A DNA stretch of 64,000 nucleotides from contig CAZNTG010000006.1 of NCBI GenBank assembly GCA_964575955.1, positions 557,364 through 621,363 on the forward strand, written 5' to 3'. Positions within the stretch are counted from its first letter, which is position 1; each line of letters starts with the position of its first letter. Position numbers and translations under genes: made by a program. The stretch is from an uncultured Thermoproteaceae archaeon. GTDB taxonomy: Archaea > Thermoproteota > Thermoprotei > Thermoproteales > Thermocladiaceae. This document shows, in pieces, positions 1-10,975 of the stretch. The notes beneath the pieces were generated by a model that was given only the letters and a program-made list of their open reading frames with translations, did not search any database and was not told where the DNA came from.

Positions 1-1
1 G

Positions 2-724
2 TATGGTTGGGAAAAACCTCATCCATATCCTGATATTTTGAAGAAGGCTGTATATGGACTACCTGAAATTCATAGAGATGATATTAGAAATGCTCAACTT
101 GTAGCAGTTCCTGGATGTATGGCAACTGCAGGAATACTATCACTACTACCACTAGTCAAGTATGGTATTATTGAGTTGAGTAGAATTGTCATAGATGTTA
201 AGATTGGTAGTAGTGGTGCAGGTGCACATGCACCAAGACTAGACTTACACTCATATAGAACATACGTTGTAAGACCTTACGAAGTTGTTGAACATAGACA
301 TATTGCAGAGATTGAACAAGAATTATCATATGTAGCTAATAGACCTGTACAGGTAGCATTTACACCACATGCAGTAGATATTGTACGTGGTATATTAGCA
401 ACATCGCATAGTTGGGCTATAAAGCCAATATCAGAACCTGAATTATGGAAAATATTTAGAGCTGTATATGGTAACGAGCCATTTATAAGAATAGCTAAAG
501 ATAAGTCAGGACTTCACAGATATCCAGATGTTAAATATGTCATAGGTAGTAACTACTGTGATGTAGGTTTTGAAATAGATAAGAGAACTGGTAGAATTGT
601 AACATTTGCAGCAATAGACAATCTTATGAAAGGTGCAGCAGGACAGGCAGTACAATGTTTTAACATAATGTTAAAAATTGATGAGAAAACAGCACTAGAT
701 ATCACACCACTATTCCCAGTGTAG
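2..724 (+). CDS. argC: N-acetyl-gamma-glutamyl-phosphate / LysW-aminoadipyl-phosphate reductase (ArgC/LysY), 5' truncated by window edge
   Basis: YGLPE, VAVPGC, GSSGAG and IDNLMKGAAGQAVQ motifs; frame is open to the window start. Confidence 0.93.
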   Translation, partial: YGWEKPHPYPDILKKAVYGLPEIHRDDIRNAQLVAVPGCMATAGILSLLPLVKYGIIELSRIVIDVKIGSSGAGAHAPRLDLHSYRTYVVRPYEVVEHRHIAEIEQELSYVANRPVQVAFTPHAVDIVRGILATSHSWAIKPISEPELWKIFRAVYGNEPFIRIAKDKSGLHRYPDVKYVIGSNYCDVGFEIDKRTGRIVTFAAIDNLMKGAAGQAVQCFNIMLKIDEKTALDITPLFPV

Positions 725-766
725 ATCAGACAAAGTTTTTTAGATAGATCAAAAACTCTCCACAGC

Positions 767-1252
767 ATGGGTTGGGGAGGAGGTGGATGGGGAAGAGGTA
801 GAGGAGGCGGTTGGGGTGGTGGCGGAGGATGGGGTGGAGGTTGGGGTAGAGGACGTGGTGGATGGGGTTGGGCACAGCCAATACCTCAAATGCCAACACT
901 ACCTCCACCACCTCCAGGTACTACTCGTGTTGTAGTATCTGTTGAAAATAATGCAGGTCTTGACAGTGTTGTAGGTCCTAGATTTGGTAGATCTCCATAC
1001 TTTGCTATAGTTGATATTTCTAATGGTAGAGTTGCAAATGTGCAAATAATTCCTAATCCCTGTATAGACATGCCTCATGGTGTTGGTGTAGCTGTAGCAC
1101 AGTGGATTTTGAGTATAGGTGCTAGATGCGTAATTGGTGCACACTTCGGACCTAACGTTCTCATGGTTCTACAACAGGCAGGTATTAGAGTATGTAATGT
1201 TCAGCCAGGTATTAGAGTTCAAGATGCGTTGAAAATATGTGGACTACTATGA
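767..1252 (+). CDS. NifB/NifX-family FeMo-cofactor-binding protein with Gly/Trp/Arg-rich N-terminus
   Basis: RFGRSPYF and GPN motifs; lies upstream of two ferredoxin-containing P-loop ATPases, a common archaeal cluster. Confidence 0.8.
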   Translation: MGWGGGGWGRGRGGGWGGGGGWGGGWGRGRGGWGWAQPIPQMPTLPPPPPGTTRVVVSVENNAGLDSVVGPRFGRSPYFAIVDISNGRVANVQIIPNPCIDMPHGVGVAVAQWILSIGARCVIGAHFGPNVLMVLQQAGIRVCNVQPGIRVQDALKICGLL

Positions 1253-1286
1253 TAAACTTTTAGACATATCTAAAACTTGTTAAATT

Positions 1287-2159
1287 GTGATTAGAGAGAT
1301 AGCAGTAGCAAGTGGTAAAGGTGGTACAGGGAAGACATTCATAGCGTCAAACCTGCTATACTACATATCTAAGTATGTAGATGAGAAATGTGTTGGTGTT
1401 GATGCTGATGCAGAAGCACCAGACTTAGCATTAGCACTTGGAGACTACGTTGAGATATATTCTAGAGATGATGTATATGAATCTAAGAAAGCAGTAATAG
1501 ATTATGAAAAATGTAATCTATGTTTAAACTGCTACAACACATGTAGATTCTATGCAATAAACATAGATTCTCAAGGAAGACCAACAATAGTTGAAGAATA
1601 TTGTGAAGGATGTGGTGCATGTAGTCTAGTATGTACTTCAGATGCCATAAATTATAGAGTTGTAAAAACAGGAACTGTAATATTTGGAAAAACTAGACAT
1701 GGACAGAAAGTAGTAACTGCAGATTTAGAAGTTTCAGGTAGAAATACAGGACATCTAGTGTATATTGCTAGAGAAAAAGCAAAATCAATACCTGAATTGA
1801 AATATGTGATAATAGATTCAGCACCTGGAATTGGATGTCCTGTAATATCTAGCATTGTAGGTTCAAACCTACTTATAATATGTGTAGAACCAACAGAACA
1901 ATCATATAATGGTTGTAGAAGATTAATACAGGTAGCACAGATATTGAAAGTAGATTATAGAGTAATTATAAATAAGTATGATATGAATATTGAAATGAGT
2001 AATAGAATTGAGAAAGAGATAGGAAATAATGTAATCGGAAGAATACCATATAGTAGAGATATAGTTAAATCATATGCAGATATGATACCTATAATGGCTA
2101 CAAATTCAAAAATTAGAAAAGATTTAGAAGAAATATTTGAAGAAATTTTGAAACTATGA
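1287..2159 (+). CDS. MinD/ParA-type P-loop ATPase with 2x[4Fe-4S] insert
   Basis: SGKGGTGKT, two CxxCxxCxxxC motifs, DSAPGIGCP. Confidence 0.88.
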   Translation: MIREIAVASGKGGTGKTFIASNLLYYISKYVDEKCVGVDADAEAPDLALALGDYVEIYSRDDVYESKKAVIDYEKCNLCLNCYNTCRFYAINIDSQGRPTIVEEYCEGCGACSLVCTSDAINYRVVKTGTVIFGKTRHGQKVVTADLEVSGRNTGHLVYIAREKAKSIPELKYVIIDSAPGIGCPVISSIVGSNLLIICVEPTEQSYNGCRRLIQVAQILKVDYRVIINKYDMNIEMSNRIEKEIGNNVIGRIPYSRDIVKSYADMIPIMATNSKIRKDLEEIFEEILKL

Positions 2160-3028
2160 TAATAGCAGTTGCAGGAGGTAAAGGTGGTGTTGGAAAGACA
2201 ATAATTGCAAGTAATATAGCAATACTACTATCTAGAATTGGAAAAACTATGATAATTGATGCTGATGTTGATAATCCATGTATTGAAAATACATTAAAAG
2301 TATTAAATATACAAGTATTGAAGATAGAGGAAGTATATAGATTCAAACCTAGAATAATTATTGAAAAATGTGATCTCTGTAAGAAGTGTGTTGATACATG
2401 TCCTGAAAATGCTATAGTGATTATACCACAGATGAGAAATATATTCATAATAGATACACTATGTGCTGGATGTGGATGTTGTAAACTTGTATGTGATAGA
2501 GAAGCCATAGTTGAGGATAGGGAAATTGAAGGTACTGTGAAGATCTGTAAAGCGGGAACTATCGATCTAATTGTTGGAGAATTGAAACCAGGAGAAAAGA
2601 GGAGCTACATTGTCATGACAAAGATAATTGAAGGTTATAGAGATCTATATAGAAATTATGACTATACAATAATTGATGCACCACCTGGAACAGGTGCTGG
2701 AGTATTTTCAATATTGAAAAATAGTGATATTCATATAATAGTTACTGAAGCTACAAGATTAGGTTTTTCAGATTTTATGAAGATAATGAAGTTGAAGATT
2801 AGTAAAAATCTAAATCAGAAAACTATAGTTGTCATTAATAAGTATGATCTCAATGTTGAGATTTCTAGAGAAATTGAAAATGAGGCTAGGAAAATTACAA
2901 ACTACGTAGTCAGGATTCCATACTCTGATAATATTGCTAGAAGTTATATGATTGGAAAACCTATAGTTCTTGAAGATTTACCTGAAAAGAAGTATTTTGA
3001 AGATATTACTAAGATTATACTAAGCTAG
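2156..3028 (+). CDS. MinD/ParA-type P-loop ATPase with 2x[4Fe-4S] insert (paralog)
   Basis: GGKGGVGKT, DADVDNP, ferredoxin motifs; ATGA overlap with the upstream gene. Confidence 0.88.
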   Translation: MIIAVAGGKGGVGKTIIASNIAILLSRIGKTMIIDADVDNPCIENTLKVLNIQVLKIEEVYRFKPRIIIEKCDLCKKCVDTCPENAIVIIPQMRNIFIIDTLCAGCGCCKLVCDREAIVEDREIEGTVKICKAGTIDLIVGELKPGEKRSYIVMTKIIEGYRDLYRNYDYTIIDAPPGTGAGVFSILKNSDIHIIVTEATRLGFSDFMKIMKLKISKNLNQKTIVVINKYDLNVEISREIENEARKITNYVVRIPYSDNIARSYMIGKPIVLEDLPEKKYFEDITKIILS

Positions 3029-3029
3029 C

Positions 3030-3578
3030 TTACTCTTTCTTACCCTCCTTCTTATATCTCTCAATTGCGTCCATTATCATCTTTCTAGCTTCATCAGCAC
3101 TCTTAAATCCTCTAACCTTAGTCCACTTTCCTGGCTCTAGCTCTTTGTAATGTTCGAAGAAGTGCTTTATCTTGTTTAATATTGCTTCTGGTAGATCATT
3201 TACATCCTTAACCTTTGACCATGTTGGGTCAACCTTGTCTATTGGTACTGCAATTATCTTATGATCTACACCTTCCTCATCTTCCATCTCAAGTACTCCA
3301 ATTGGTCTTACTCTAATTACTGATCCAGGTGCTAGTGAGTAGTTACTTATTACGAGTACGTCTGCTGGATCACCATCAGGCATCAATGTCTGTGGTACTG
3401 TACCATAGTTGAATGGGTAGAACATTGCTGTATATAGTACTCTATCAACCATTATTGCTCCAGTATCCTCATCTATTTCATACTTTATGTTTGAGAATGC
3501 TGGTATCTCAATAATTACATATATGTCATCTGGTGGATTCTTACCTGGTGGTAGTTTTTCGAAGAGTGTGCTCATCAT
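3030..3578 (-). CDS. ppa: Inorganic pyrophosphatase (family I)
   Basis: [22 protein letters not shown]. Confidence 0.97.
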   Translation of the reverse strand: MMSTLFEKLPPGKNPPDDIYVIIEIPAFSNIKYEIDEDTGAIMVDRVLYTAMFYPFNYGTVPQTLMPDGDPADVLVISNYSLAPGSVIRVRPIGVLEMEDEEGVDHKIIAVPIDKVDPTWSKVKDVNDLPEAILNKIKHFFEHYKELEPGKWTKVRGFKSADEARKMIMDAIERYKKEGKKE

Positions 3579-3699
3579 TATGTAAGTTTCAAAATCATTA
3601 TTAAAGTATTAAGGTTTAGAGATTTTGTACATTTTTAAAACTTGTTTATATATTTTGCAGATATAGTACTTAAATATCTGATATAGTTAGTACATCTCC

Positions 3700-4389
3700 A
3701 TGGTTAAAGGATACTTAAGATGGCTTGGACATGCAGCATTTGAATTAAATATATATGGAAAAACTATACTCATAGATCCATGGATTACTAATCCAAAATC
3801 TCCAATAACTTTAGAAGATTTGAAGAATGTAGATTTCATATTAGTGACTCATGACCATGCTGATCATCTTGGTGAGACTGTAGAGATAGCTAAGAAGACT
3901 AATGCAACTGTTGTTGGAGTATATGAGTTAACACTCTACATCTCTGAGCAAGGTGTTAAGAATACTATACCTCTAAATGTTGGTGGCTCTATAAAACTTA
4001 CAAGTGAGATTGAAGTCTTTGCAGTACCTGCAGTACATAGCTCAGGTAGGGGTGTTCCTGTTGGGTATGTCATAACTACTCCAGACGTAACAATATACCA
4101 TGCTGGTGATACAGGACTCTTCTCAGATATGGAATTGATAGGTAGGTTATTCAATATCGATATAGCTCTACTGCCTATAGGTGGTATATTTACAATGAGT
4201 CCTAGAGAAGCAGCAATAGCTGTAACATTACTAAGACCTAGATATGTAATACCAATGCACTATAATACATTTCCAGAAATTAGACAAGATCCAGAATACT
4301 TCAAAGATCTTGTGGAGAGAGTAGCTCCACATGTTAAAGTATTAATAATAAATCCAGGCGATAAAATCGATATACCTCTAAAAATTTAA
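3700..4389 (+). CDS. Metallo-beta-lactamase-fold hydrolase (UPF0173)
   Basis: WLGHA, THDHADH, YHAGDT, PMHYNTF. Confidence 0.9.
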   Translation: MVKGYLRWLGHAAFELNIYGKTILIDPWITNPKSPITLEDLKNVDFILVTHDHADHLGETVEIAKKTNATVVGVYELTLYISEQGVKNTIPLNVGGSIKLTSEIEVFAVPAVHSSGRGVPVGYVITTPDVTIYHAGDTGLFSDMELIGRLFNIDIALLPIGGIFTMSPREAAIAVTLLRPRYVIPMHYNTFPEIRQDPEYFKDLVERVAPHVKVLIINPGDKIDIPLKI

Positions 4390-4400
4390 CTTAATAAAAT

Positions 4401-5639
4401 TTAGAATAGTGGTATACTCAACTTCTCACTCACTATAAGATCTGTAAGTCTCACAATATTGTCAAGCTCTTCTTTAACAATACTTTCAATCTCATTTCTC
4501 ATCTCACCTGTAATTTCCTGTTTTGGAGTTATTACATCTACACTAACACTTAAAGGCTCATTTATAGGTCTACCAATCTGACTTAGAAGATATACATGAA
4601 CTTCCTCAATATCACGAACTTCTTCATATATCTTATCTGCAATCATGTTTGCAAGTATGTTATATAGTTTTCCAATATGGTTAACAGGATTCTTACCTGC
4701 AGCAGCCTCCATACTCATTGGTCTCATAGGCGTTATCAATCCTCTAACTCTATTACCTCTACCTGTACATCCATCATCACCACACTCTGCAGATGTTCCT
4801 GTTATTGTTAGATAGTATATTCCATGATCAGGATCGTCTGCAGTATTTACATAAACTTCAACATCAAGCTCAGGAACCACCTTACTAGCATAATCTTCTA
4901 TATGTCTCTTAATTTCCTCCTTAAGATTTAGATATTCATCTTTATCACGTACATGTCTACTAATTAATGCACATGCAACTGTCAGTAGTACCTTACTGCC
5001 CTGTCTAAATGCCATAACTTTAACATCTTCACCTGCTGCTGGAATCTTCATCTTAAATTCTCTAGAATTTATCAATCTCTCAACACCGTATACCAATCTC
5101 TCTGTTGGTGTTAGTGGTGCTATACCTACACCAAGACTAGTATCATTTGCATGTGGTACTCTTCTAGTTAAACCCTTCTTAAATAGACCAACTAGATCTA
5201 CACTACCTGAGCCTAATGCACATTCAATAATTACATGATTTTCAGGATCTAGATATCTGAAGTTTTGTTGAATCCACTTCTTAGCTGATGATACTATAAT
5301 CTCCTCAACAGGTACAATATCAATCTCCTTCTTACCATTACGCTCAAGCTCTACTGTCATTGTTACTCTACCAGCAATTATGATCCTTATAGGTCTAATT
5401 ATCTCGCCACCACCAAACTCTGGCTTAGCTTGACCACCAACAACTAGTACTTTATCAACATTGTGGTGAAGTATTGTACCATACTTCTCTCTATAGTATT
5501 TACATAATCCGAGACTTGCAGCTTCAGCAACAGCATCAGCAATATAGTCAGGATGTCCAGTACCTTTCCTCTCTACAAATTCTACATCTCTCTTATATAC
5601 AGGTATTGAGTCTATCTTAGTTATTGATATGGTTGTCAT
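4401..5639 (-). CDS. mat: Archaeal S-adenosylmethionine synthetase
   Basis: ERKGTGHPD, GEDVKVM, GRGNR, AGKNPVNHIGK. Confidence 0.97.
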   Translation of the reverse strand: MTTISITKIDSIPVYKRDVEFVERKGTGHPDYIADAVAEAASLGLCKYYREKYGTILHHNVDKVLVVGGQAKPEFGGGEIIRPIRIIIAGRVTMTVELERNGKKEIDIVPVEEIIVSSAKKWIQQNFRYLDPENHVIIECALGSGSVDLVGLFKKGLTRRVPHANDTSLGVGIAPLTPTERLVYGVERLINSREFKMKIPAAGEDVKVMAFRQGSKVLLTVACALISRHVRDKDEYLNLKEEIKRHIEDYASKVVPELDVEVYVNTADDPDHGIYYLTITGTSAECGDDGCTGRGNRVRGLITPMRPMSMEAAAGKNPVNHIGKLYNILANMIADKIYEEVRDIEEVHVYLLSQIGRPINEPLSVSVDVITPKQEITGEMRNEIESIVKEELDNIVRLTDLIVSEKLSIPLF

Positions 5640-5643
5640 CGCA

Positions 5644-5898
5644 CTACCCTAATACTACATCTGTTGTTGATATGAAGAGTATCTGATTACCTCTAATATA
5701 GACTCTACCATATTTAACAACAGTTTGACTAGTTTTAGGATCTATCTCTTCAGCATCATCAAGAACAACATTCATACAGCTATCATATGCAGTTAATATT
5801 CCTCTTATAGCCTTGTTATTTTTCAACCTTATAATCACATTCTTACCTAGCAGCTTTTGAAATATTTTTAGAGGTTGTATCATCTGAGCTGTGGACAT
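5644..5898 (-). CDS. Sm-like archaeal protein (SmAP)
   Basis: Sm1 (G.L..YD..MNVVL.DAEE) and Sm2 (IRGNQI) motifs; next to mat as in other crenarchaea; start placed at MSTAQ. Confidence 0.92.
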   Translation of the reverse strand: MSTAQMIQPLKIFQKLLGKNVIIRLKNNKAIRGILTAYDSCMNVVLDDAEEIDPKTSQTVVKYGRVYIRGNQILFISTTDVVLG

Positions 5899-6095
5899 TA
5901 CAAATTCAACTATCCTAACCATTATTTAACATTACGCTATTCATCAAGACTTTGAGAGTACTCCATGAGAATGTTTTTTAAGTAGGTATAAAAAGTAGGC
6001 TCAATACGTATATAAGTCCTTAACTCTCAAAGCTTTAAAAACCCAGAGAAAGATTTAAAAAGGGTTGAATAGATAAAAATTATGGGTGGGAGTTC

Positions 6096-6272
6096 ATGAC
6101 AAGAAAAGTAAAGGCTATCGCCCTAATAGTAGCAGGAGCAATATTAACAGCACTACCTGAACCAATAACAACACCAATAGGAATAGCACTGATAAGCAAG
6201 GGGATAAAAATGCTTAAAGGAGCTCTAGAAGAGAGAGAAGTTAAAAAAGAGGATTTAAAAGAGGAAATTTAA
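6096..6272 (+). CDS. Small 58-aa membrane protein (not in ORF track)
   Basis: MTRKVKAIALIVAGAILTALPEPITTPIGIALISKGIKMLKGALEEREVKKEDLKEEI; hydrophobic hairpin, charged tail, GGTGGGAG SD-like sequence, upstream TTTAAA. Confidence 0.7.
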   Translation: MTRKVKAIALIVAGAILTALPEPITTPIGIALISKGIKMLKGALEEREVKKEDLKEEI

Positions 6273-6347
6273 ATTTTTCCAATAATAACATCCATATTCT
6301 CAACATTTACAATATAGCATTAATATTTAACATAGCTTGATATAGAT

Positions 6348-7196
6348 GTGAAAAATGTAGTTAAACTTGGACATACACCAGATCCTGATGATGCATTTCT
6401 AACATATGCAATAGTTAAGAATAAGATAGGTTTAAAAGATGTAGATATAGTAGAGGTAGTACTAGATATAGAAACTTTAAATAAATTAGTAATATTGAAA
6501 AAACTTGAAATATCTGCAATTAGTGTAGCGACATACCTACTAGTTTCTAAAGATTACATAATAATTCCATATGGAGCAAGTGTTGGATATAGTTATGGTC
6601 CAAAATTAATCATAAATAGAAGATATGTAGATAGAGGAAAGATTACTGTAGCTGTTCCTGGTCTCTATACAACAGCTAGAGTATTAACAGAAGCATATCT
6701 AAGAGAAAATGGTAGGGAGTATGAGATAGTTGATGTACAATTCGATAAAATATTAACATTATTAAATAATGATGTTGTTGAATGTGGAGTTTTAATACAT
6801 GAAGAACAGATACTAGATATTGGAGATAGATACATTAAAATTGATCTAGGAGAGTGGTGGTTTAATAAATTTAAACTACCAATACCGTTAGGAATAAATG
6901 TAATTCGTAGAGATGTTGATAATAATATAGTTCAAACAATTGTTGAAGCATTTAGAAAATCTATAGAGTATGCATATAAGAATATTGATGAAGTATTAAC
7001 ATACTCTCTAAACTTCTCAAGAATAAGAGATAGAGATAAAGTACTTAACTTCATAAAAATGTATGTAAATGATAGAGAATTAAACTATAGATCAGATGAG
7101 ATTAAATCTATAGAAAAACTACATGAAATATGTAGAGATTACAGAATAGAACCATTCTATAAACATTATTTAGATATTAAGATTGCAACAATTTAA
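6348..7196 (+). CDS. mqnD: 1,4-dihydroxy-6-naphthoate synthase
   Basis: GHTPDPDDAF, DIETLN, GASVG.SYGP, AVPGLYTTA, LIHE, PIPLG. Confidence 0.92.
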   Translation: MKNVVKLGHTPDPDDAFLTYAIVKNKIGLKDVDIVEVVLDIETLNKLVILKKLEISAISVATYLLVSKDYIIIPYGASVGYSYGPKLIINRRYVDRGKITVAVPGLYTTARVLTEAYLRENGREYEIVDVQFDKILTLLNNDVVECGVLIHEEQILDIGDRYIKIDLGEWWFNKFKLPIPLGINVIRRDVDNNIVQTIVEAFRKSIEYAYKNIDEVLTYSLNFSRIRDRDKVLNFIKMYVNDRELNYRSDEIKSIEKLHEICRDYRIEPFYKHYLDIKIATI

Positions 7197-7946
7197 ATTT
7201 AATAATTTAAGTTCAAAAATGATCGATTCATAGATATCATCAATATCTAGTATGTATATAAGATTTCTTGAGAAGTATGTATATATTAAATCTTTTGGGA
7301 GAGTTTTAGATAGGTAGTGAGAACTTCTACATTCTATATCATCTATCCAATACTTATGTCTTAACATAGTTTCAATATCTTCAACAACTTTTCTAACATT
7401 ACTATAATCTCTATATATTAGTATTGAAAATATGAGTGGTCTTTTAAATATTCTATACCAAACGTCTCCAATATCAACTATTTCATAATATTTTAAATAT
7501 GCTTCAAGTGCCATATCTCCAATTAGTAATGTTGGTCTTCTATTTAATACATGTTCTATATTGTCTTTAGATATCTTTATATTTTCTATATCTATACTCC
7601 TATTTAATATTCTTTTGAATAGTATATCTATAATCTTGATAGATACTGAAGATTCCTCTATTGCATATATCTTATCTATAGCTTCAATATTTATAGGCTC
7701 TTTATAGAATATTCCAACACTTCTTACAGGTCCTCTACATGCAATACATATGTTTGATACTGTATAATCATATTTACATATTTTGCATATGGATGTTATG
7801 GGTATCATACATATGTGAGGCTTAATGTTCTTAACTATGTCTAATGTATCTCTTGGTGTTGTCTCTATTATCTTCACATCTTTCATATCTTTAAAAAATA
7901 TTCTAAATGGTTCACAGTTGAAGTATTTGAATATTTGTACTATCAT
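7170..7946 (-). CDS. mqnA: Chorismate dehydratase (divergent)
   Basis: I...GPVRSV, LLIGD.AL and DIG..W motifs; lies between mqnD and mqnE. Confidence 0.78.
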   Translation of the reverse strand: MIVQIFKYFNCEPFRIFFKDMKDVKIIETTPRDTLDIVKNIKPHICMIPITSICKICKYDYTVSNICIACRGPVRSVGIFYKEPINIEAIDKIYAIEESSVSIKIIDILFKRILNRSIDIENIKISKDNIEHVLNRRPTLLIGDMALEAYLKYYEIVDIGDVWYRIFKRPLIFSILIYRDYSNVRKVVEDIETMLRHKYWIDDIECRSSHYLSKTLPKDLIYTYFSRNLIYILDIDDIYESIIFELKLLNLNCCNLNI

Positions 7947-7948
7947 TA

Positions 7949-9013
7949 CTATAAGACCCTTATAATATTTCCAAATGAATCTCTTAATACAGGTTGTTTT
8001 CCTGTCTCTCTTATTAGTTTAGTTAATTCCTCTATAGATGTTGTCTCTAGTCTACCTGTCTCTCTAAATACTTTCTCATTTATCATTGTTCCAACTAGAT
8101 CATTTGCACCTGACCTGATAGCAATTTGAGCTAGTTTTTTACCAATAGATATCCAGTATGCTGATATATTTCTCACATAGTCTCTCAATATTATTCTTGA
8201 TATCGCTATTACTCTAAGTACATATTCGCTAGAACATTCAGACTTTACTAAACCTCTCCTATACAATTCTGTGTTTTGTGGATTGTATTTTAATGGTATA
8301 AATGTTATTATAGATCTAGTCTTTTCTTGAAATTCTCTAATTTTCAATAGATGTTCAATTATGTGTTCAGGTCTTTCTACATGTCCAAATAGCATTGTTG
8401 CATTTGTAAGTACGTTATGTTTTGAAGCTATATATGCAATATTAAACCACTCCTCTGCAGATATTTTATTTGGAGTTATTATCTTTCTAATATCTCTATT
8501 ATATATTTCTAGACAACCACCACTAAGTATGTCTAATCCAGCATTTCTCAATCTATCAATAACTTCTTCATATGACATTCTCCAAATTTTTGAATAATAA
8601 GCAATTTCACAACATGTTAAACCTTTTATAGTTATTTTAGGAACTCTACTCTTTATTAGTTTAAACATCTTTTCAAAATATTCTATATCTAACTCAGGAT
8701 TTAGACCGCCATTGAGATGAACTTCAGATACTCTATATTTTAAATATGCATCTTCAACAATCTTACAAACTTCTTCAGGAGTTAATGTATATGCATCTTT
8801 ATCATTGAATGATCTAGAGAATGCACATATTGGACATCTTGCAACACATATATTTGTGTAGTTCACAACTACGTTATTTACAAATGATACATAATTTCCA
8901 CAGTATTTAGAACATAGCTTATCTGCAAGTGAGAGTAGTTCATGTAGAGGCAGTTCAGTAAACATGTAGAGATAGTCTCGATAGTTCAACTCTTCAATGC
9001 TTAATCTTGTCAC
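7949..9013 (-). CDS. mqnE: Aminofutalosine synthase, CofH-family radical SAM
   Basis: NYTNICVARCPICAF, NATMLFGHVE, FIPL, AYW, GANDL; start moved to GTG 9013 to avoid overlap with the divergent gene. Confidence 0.82.
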   Translation of the reverse strand: MTRLSIEELNYRDYLYMFTELPLHELLSLADKLCSKYCGNYVSFVNNVVVNYTNICVARCPICAFSRSFNDKDAYTLTPEEVCKIVEDAYLKYRVSEVHLNGGLNPELDIEYFEKMFKLIKSRVPKITIKGLTCCEIAYYSKIWRMSYEEVIDRLRNAGLDILSGGCLEIYNRDIRKIITPNKISAEEWFNIAYIASKHNVLTNATMLFGHVERPEHIIEHLLKIREFQEKTRSIITFIPLKYNPQNTELYRRGLVKSECSSEYVLRVIAISRIILRDYVRNISAYWISIGKKLAQIAIRSGANDLVGTMINEKVFRETGRLETTSIEELTKLIRETGKQPVLRDSFGNIIRVL

Positions 9014-9069
9014 GATCCTCAAGTGTAGACAGATCTGAGCTTTTAAATATGTACGTTCTAATACATATA

Positions 9070-10257
9070 GTGAATGTAGAAGAATTAGAAAGACCGAGAT
9101 ATGATGGAGAAAGTATTGTAAATATACCAAACTCAATATTGAGAATATTTGGAATACCTGTAAGATTTAAATCTCTTAAAAAAGAAATATATTCACAAAT
9201 ACAGACAGAAAAAATACTACTAATACTTATAGATGGATTAAGGCTTGATATAGTTAGAGAAGTACTGTCTGAACATGAAGACTTGAAGAAGCTTTATAAA
9301 AACATGTATATAATAACATCAACATTTCCATCAACAACACCTACAGCATTAGTATCAATAAGCATGGGACAACCTCCAGGAATTCATGGTATTTTGGGAA
9401 CAGTAATCTATGTTAGAGAGGTTGGACTTATAATAAATACATTAAATCTAAGTCCACACTTTAGATCTGAAGAAAGAGATTCACTATTTAGGATGGGTAT
9501 AGATTTAACAAAAATATTACCAACAGAATACACAATATTTGAAGAGTTGTCTGAAAATGGTGTTAGAAGTTTAACATTAATACCTAAAGGATTGAGAAGT
9601 GGTATAAGTAGAATAATTTATAGAGGTTCAGAAATTCAGGAATATGCATATCTGACAGAGGCAATAATAGAAGGTTTGAGATTTCTAGAGATGAATGATA
9701 GAGCACTTGTATACATATACAATCCAGCACCAGATGAGATTGCACATAAGAGAGGTGTAGATTCAGAACACTATAGAGAAACTGTGGTAGAGATGTTTAG
9801 ACTAATTATGAAGTGTATTGAAAAGAGAGTCAGAGTACCTATAACTTTAATATTAACTACAGATCATGGTCTAATTAATACAGATGAGAGAGATTATATA
9901 GAAATGAATAAATTTGAAAAATTAATATCAAGATTAGCAGCACCACCCTATGGTGAATCTAGAGCTTCATTTCTAATAACTAGAGAAGAGTTAGAAAATT
10001 GTGAAGATTTAAACTATATACTTGACAACGGATTTATACTAATTAGGAAGAATGATAAAATGATGATTGATTTATTAGGATGTGATGATATTACAAAAGC
10101 TAAAAATGTTGGAGATTATCTACTAGTATCAACATCATCAAAATGTTTAAGATATAGCTATAATCTACAGGAACGTGAGAGAGAAGTTCTACATGCAATG
10201 CACGGATCTATAACACCTGAAGAGTTAAATATACCTCTCATAATATTGAACTTCTAA
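9070..10257 (+). CDS. Alkaline-phosphatase superfamily / nucleotide pyrophosphatase-phosphodiesterase
   Basis: LIDGL, STFPSTT, DEIAH, TTDHG, HGS; start placed at GTG 9070. Confidence 0.88.
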   Translation: MNVEELERPRYDGESIVNIPNSILRIFGIPVRFKSLKKEIYSQIQTEKILLILIDGLRLDIVREVLSEHEDLKKLYKNMYIITSTFPSTTPTALVSISMGQPPGIHGILGTVIYVREVGLIINTLNLSPHFRSEERDSLFRMGIDLTKILPTEYTIFEELSENGVRSLTLIPKGLRSGISRIIYRGSEIQEYAYLTEAIIEGLRFLEMNDRALVYIYNPAPDEIAHKRGVDSEHYRETVVEMFRLIMKCIEKRVRVPITLILTTDHGLINTDERDYIEMNKFEKLISRLAAPPYGESRASFLITREELENCEDLNYILDNGFILIRKNDKMMIDLLGCDDITKAKNVGDYLLVSTSSKCLRYSYNLQEREREVLHAMHGSITPEELNIPLIILNF

Positions 10258-10258
10258 C

Positions 10259-10915
10259 TCAAATACTACTACTAAACTTACTCCTAATTATATCAACCCA
10301 AACATTATCCTTTATAAAGCTAGGTATATCACATTCTTTAACATTTCCCACTTCTGAACTAACATCATGTCTATAATTATTCGAAATTTCATTTATAGTT
10401 AATCTACTACCTATACTATCAACTACTTTCAATAATGTTGAATTTATACTTTCTAAAACATTTATTAACATATTCATCTTCTCTTCAATTTTATTAAGTA
10501 TAAGTTCAAGTATTTGAGTTGTAGTTTTCATGATATCATCATTGAGAACTCTATCCTTACTCTCAAATTCATTACTATTCTTAATGTATTGTGGTATTGT
10601 GTATGGTAAGTTTATTGATAATGATATTTTAAATGATAATACCTTGCTATATGTCATATTTTTAACATCTACTCTACTAGTACTCTCTCTAGTTCTCTCC
10701 TGTACATACTCTCTATCATCTCTATTACCTTCTCTGTTGTTATTATTATTTCTACTATTTTGATCTTTTAGAAATGCTGATCTATATTTTGATATTGCTT
10801 TATATACTGTATTTATTGAAAGACCTAAAATTTCGGCAATTTCTTTAGGTTTCTTTCCCTGTTCGAAGTATAGTTTACCAACTTCAATTTCTGTCTTGGA
10901 TAGTTTTATAGACAC
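10259..10915 (-). CDS. HTH-domain protein
   Basis: N-terminal KPKEIAEILGLSINTVYK helix-turn-helix followed by low-complexity and coiled segments. Confidence 0.65.
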   Translation of the reverse strand: MSIKLSKTEIEVGKLYFEQGKKPKEIAEILGLSINTVYKAISKYRSAFLKDQNSRNNNNNREGNRDDREYVQERTRESTSRVDVKNMTYSKVLSFKISLSINLPYTIPQYIKNSNEFESKDRVLNDDIMKTTTQILELILNKIEEKMNMLINVLESINSTLLKVVDSIGSRLTINEISNNYRHDVSSEVGNVKECDIPSFIKDNVWVDIIRSKFSSSI

Positions 10916-10975
10916 GTTAGGTAAATTACTTACTAGCTTTATAAGCAGTGTATGGTAAGTAGCTTAGTATATATC

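Noticed and set aside
767-875. G-rich repetitive stretch (possible repeat array or G-quadruplex)
   Set aside because: Explained by the Gly/Trp/Arg-rich N-terminus of the NifB/NifX protein.
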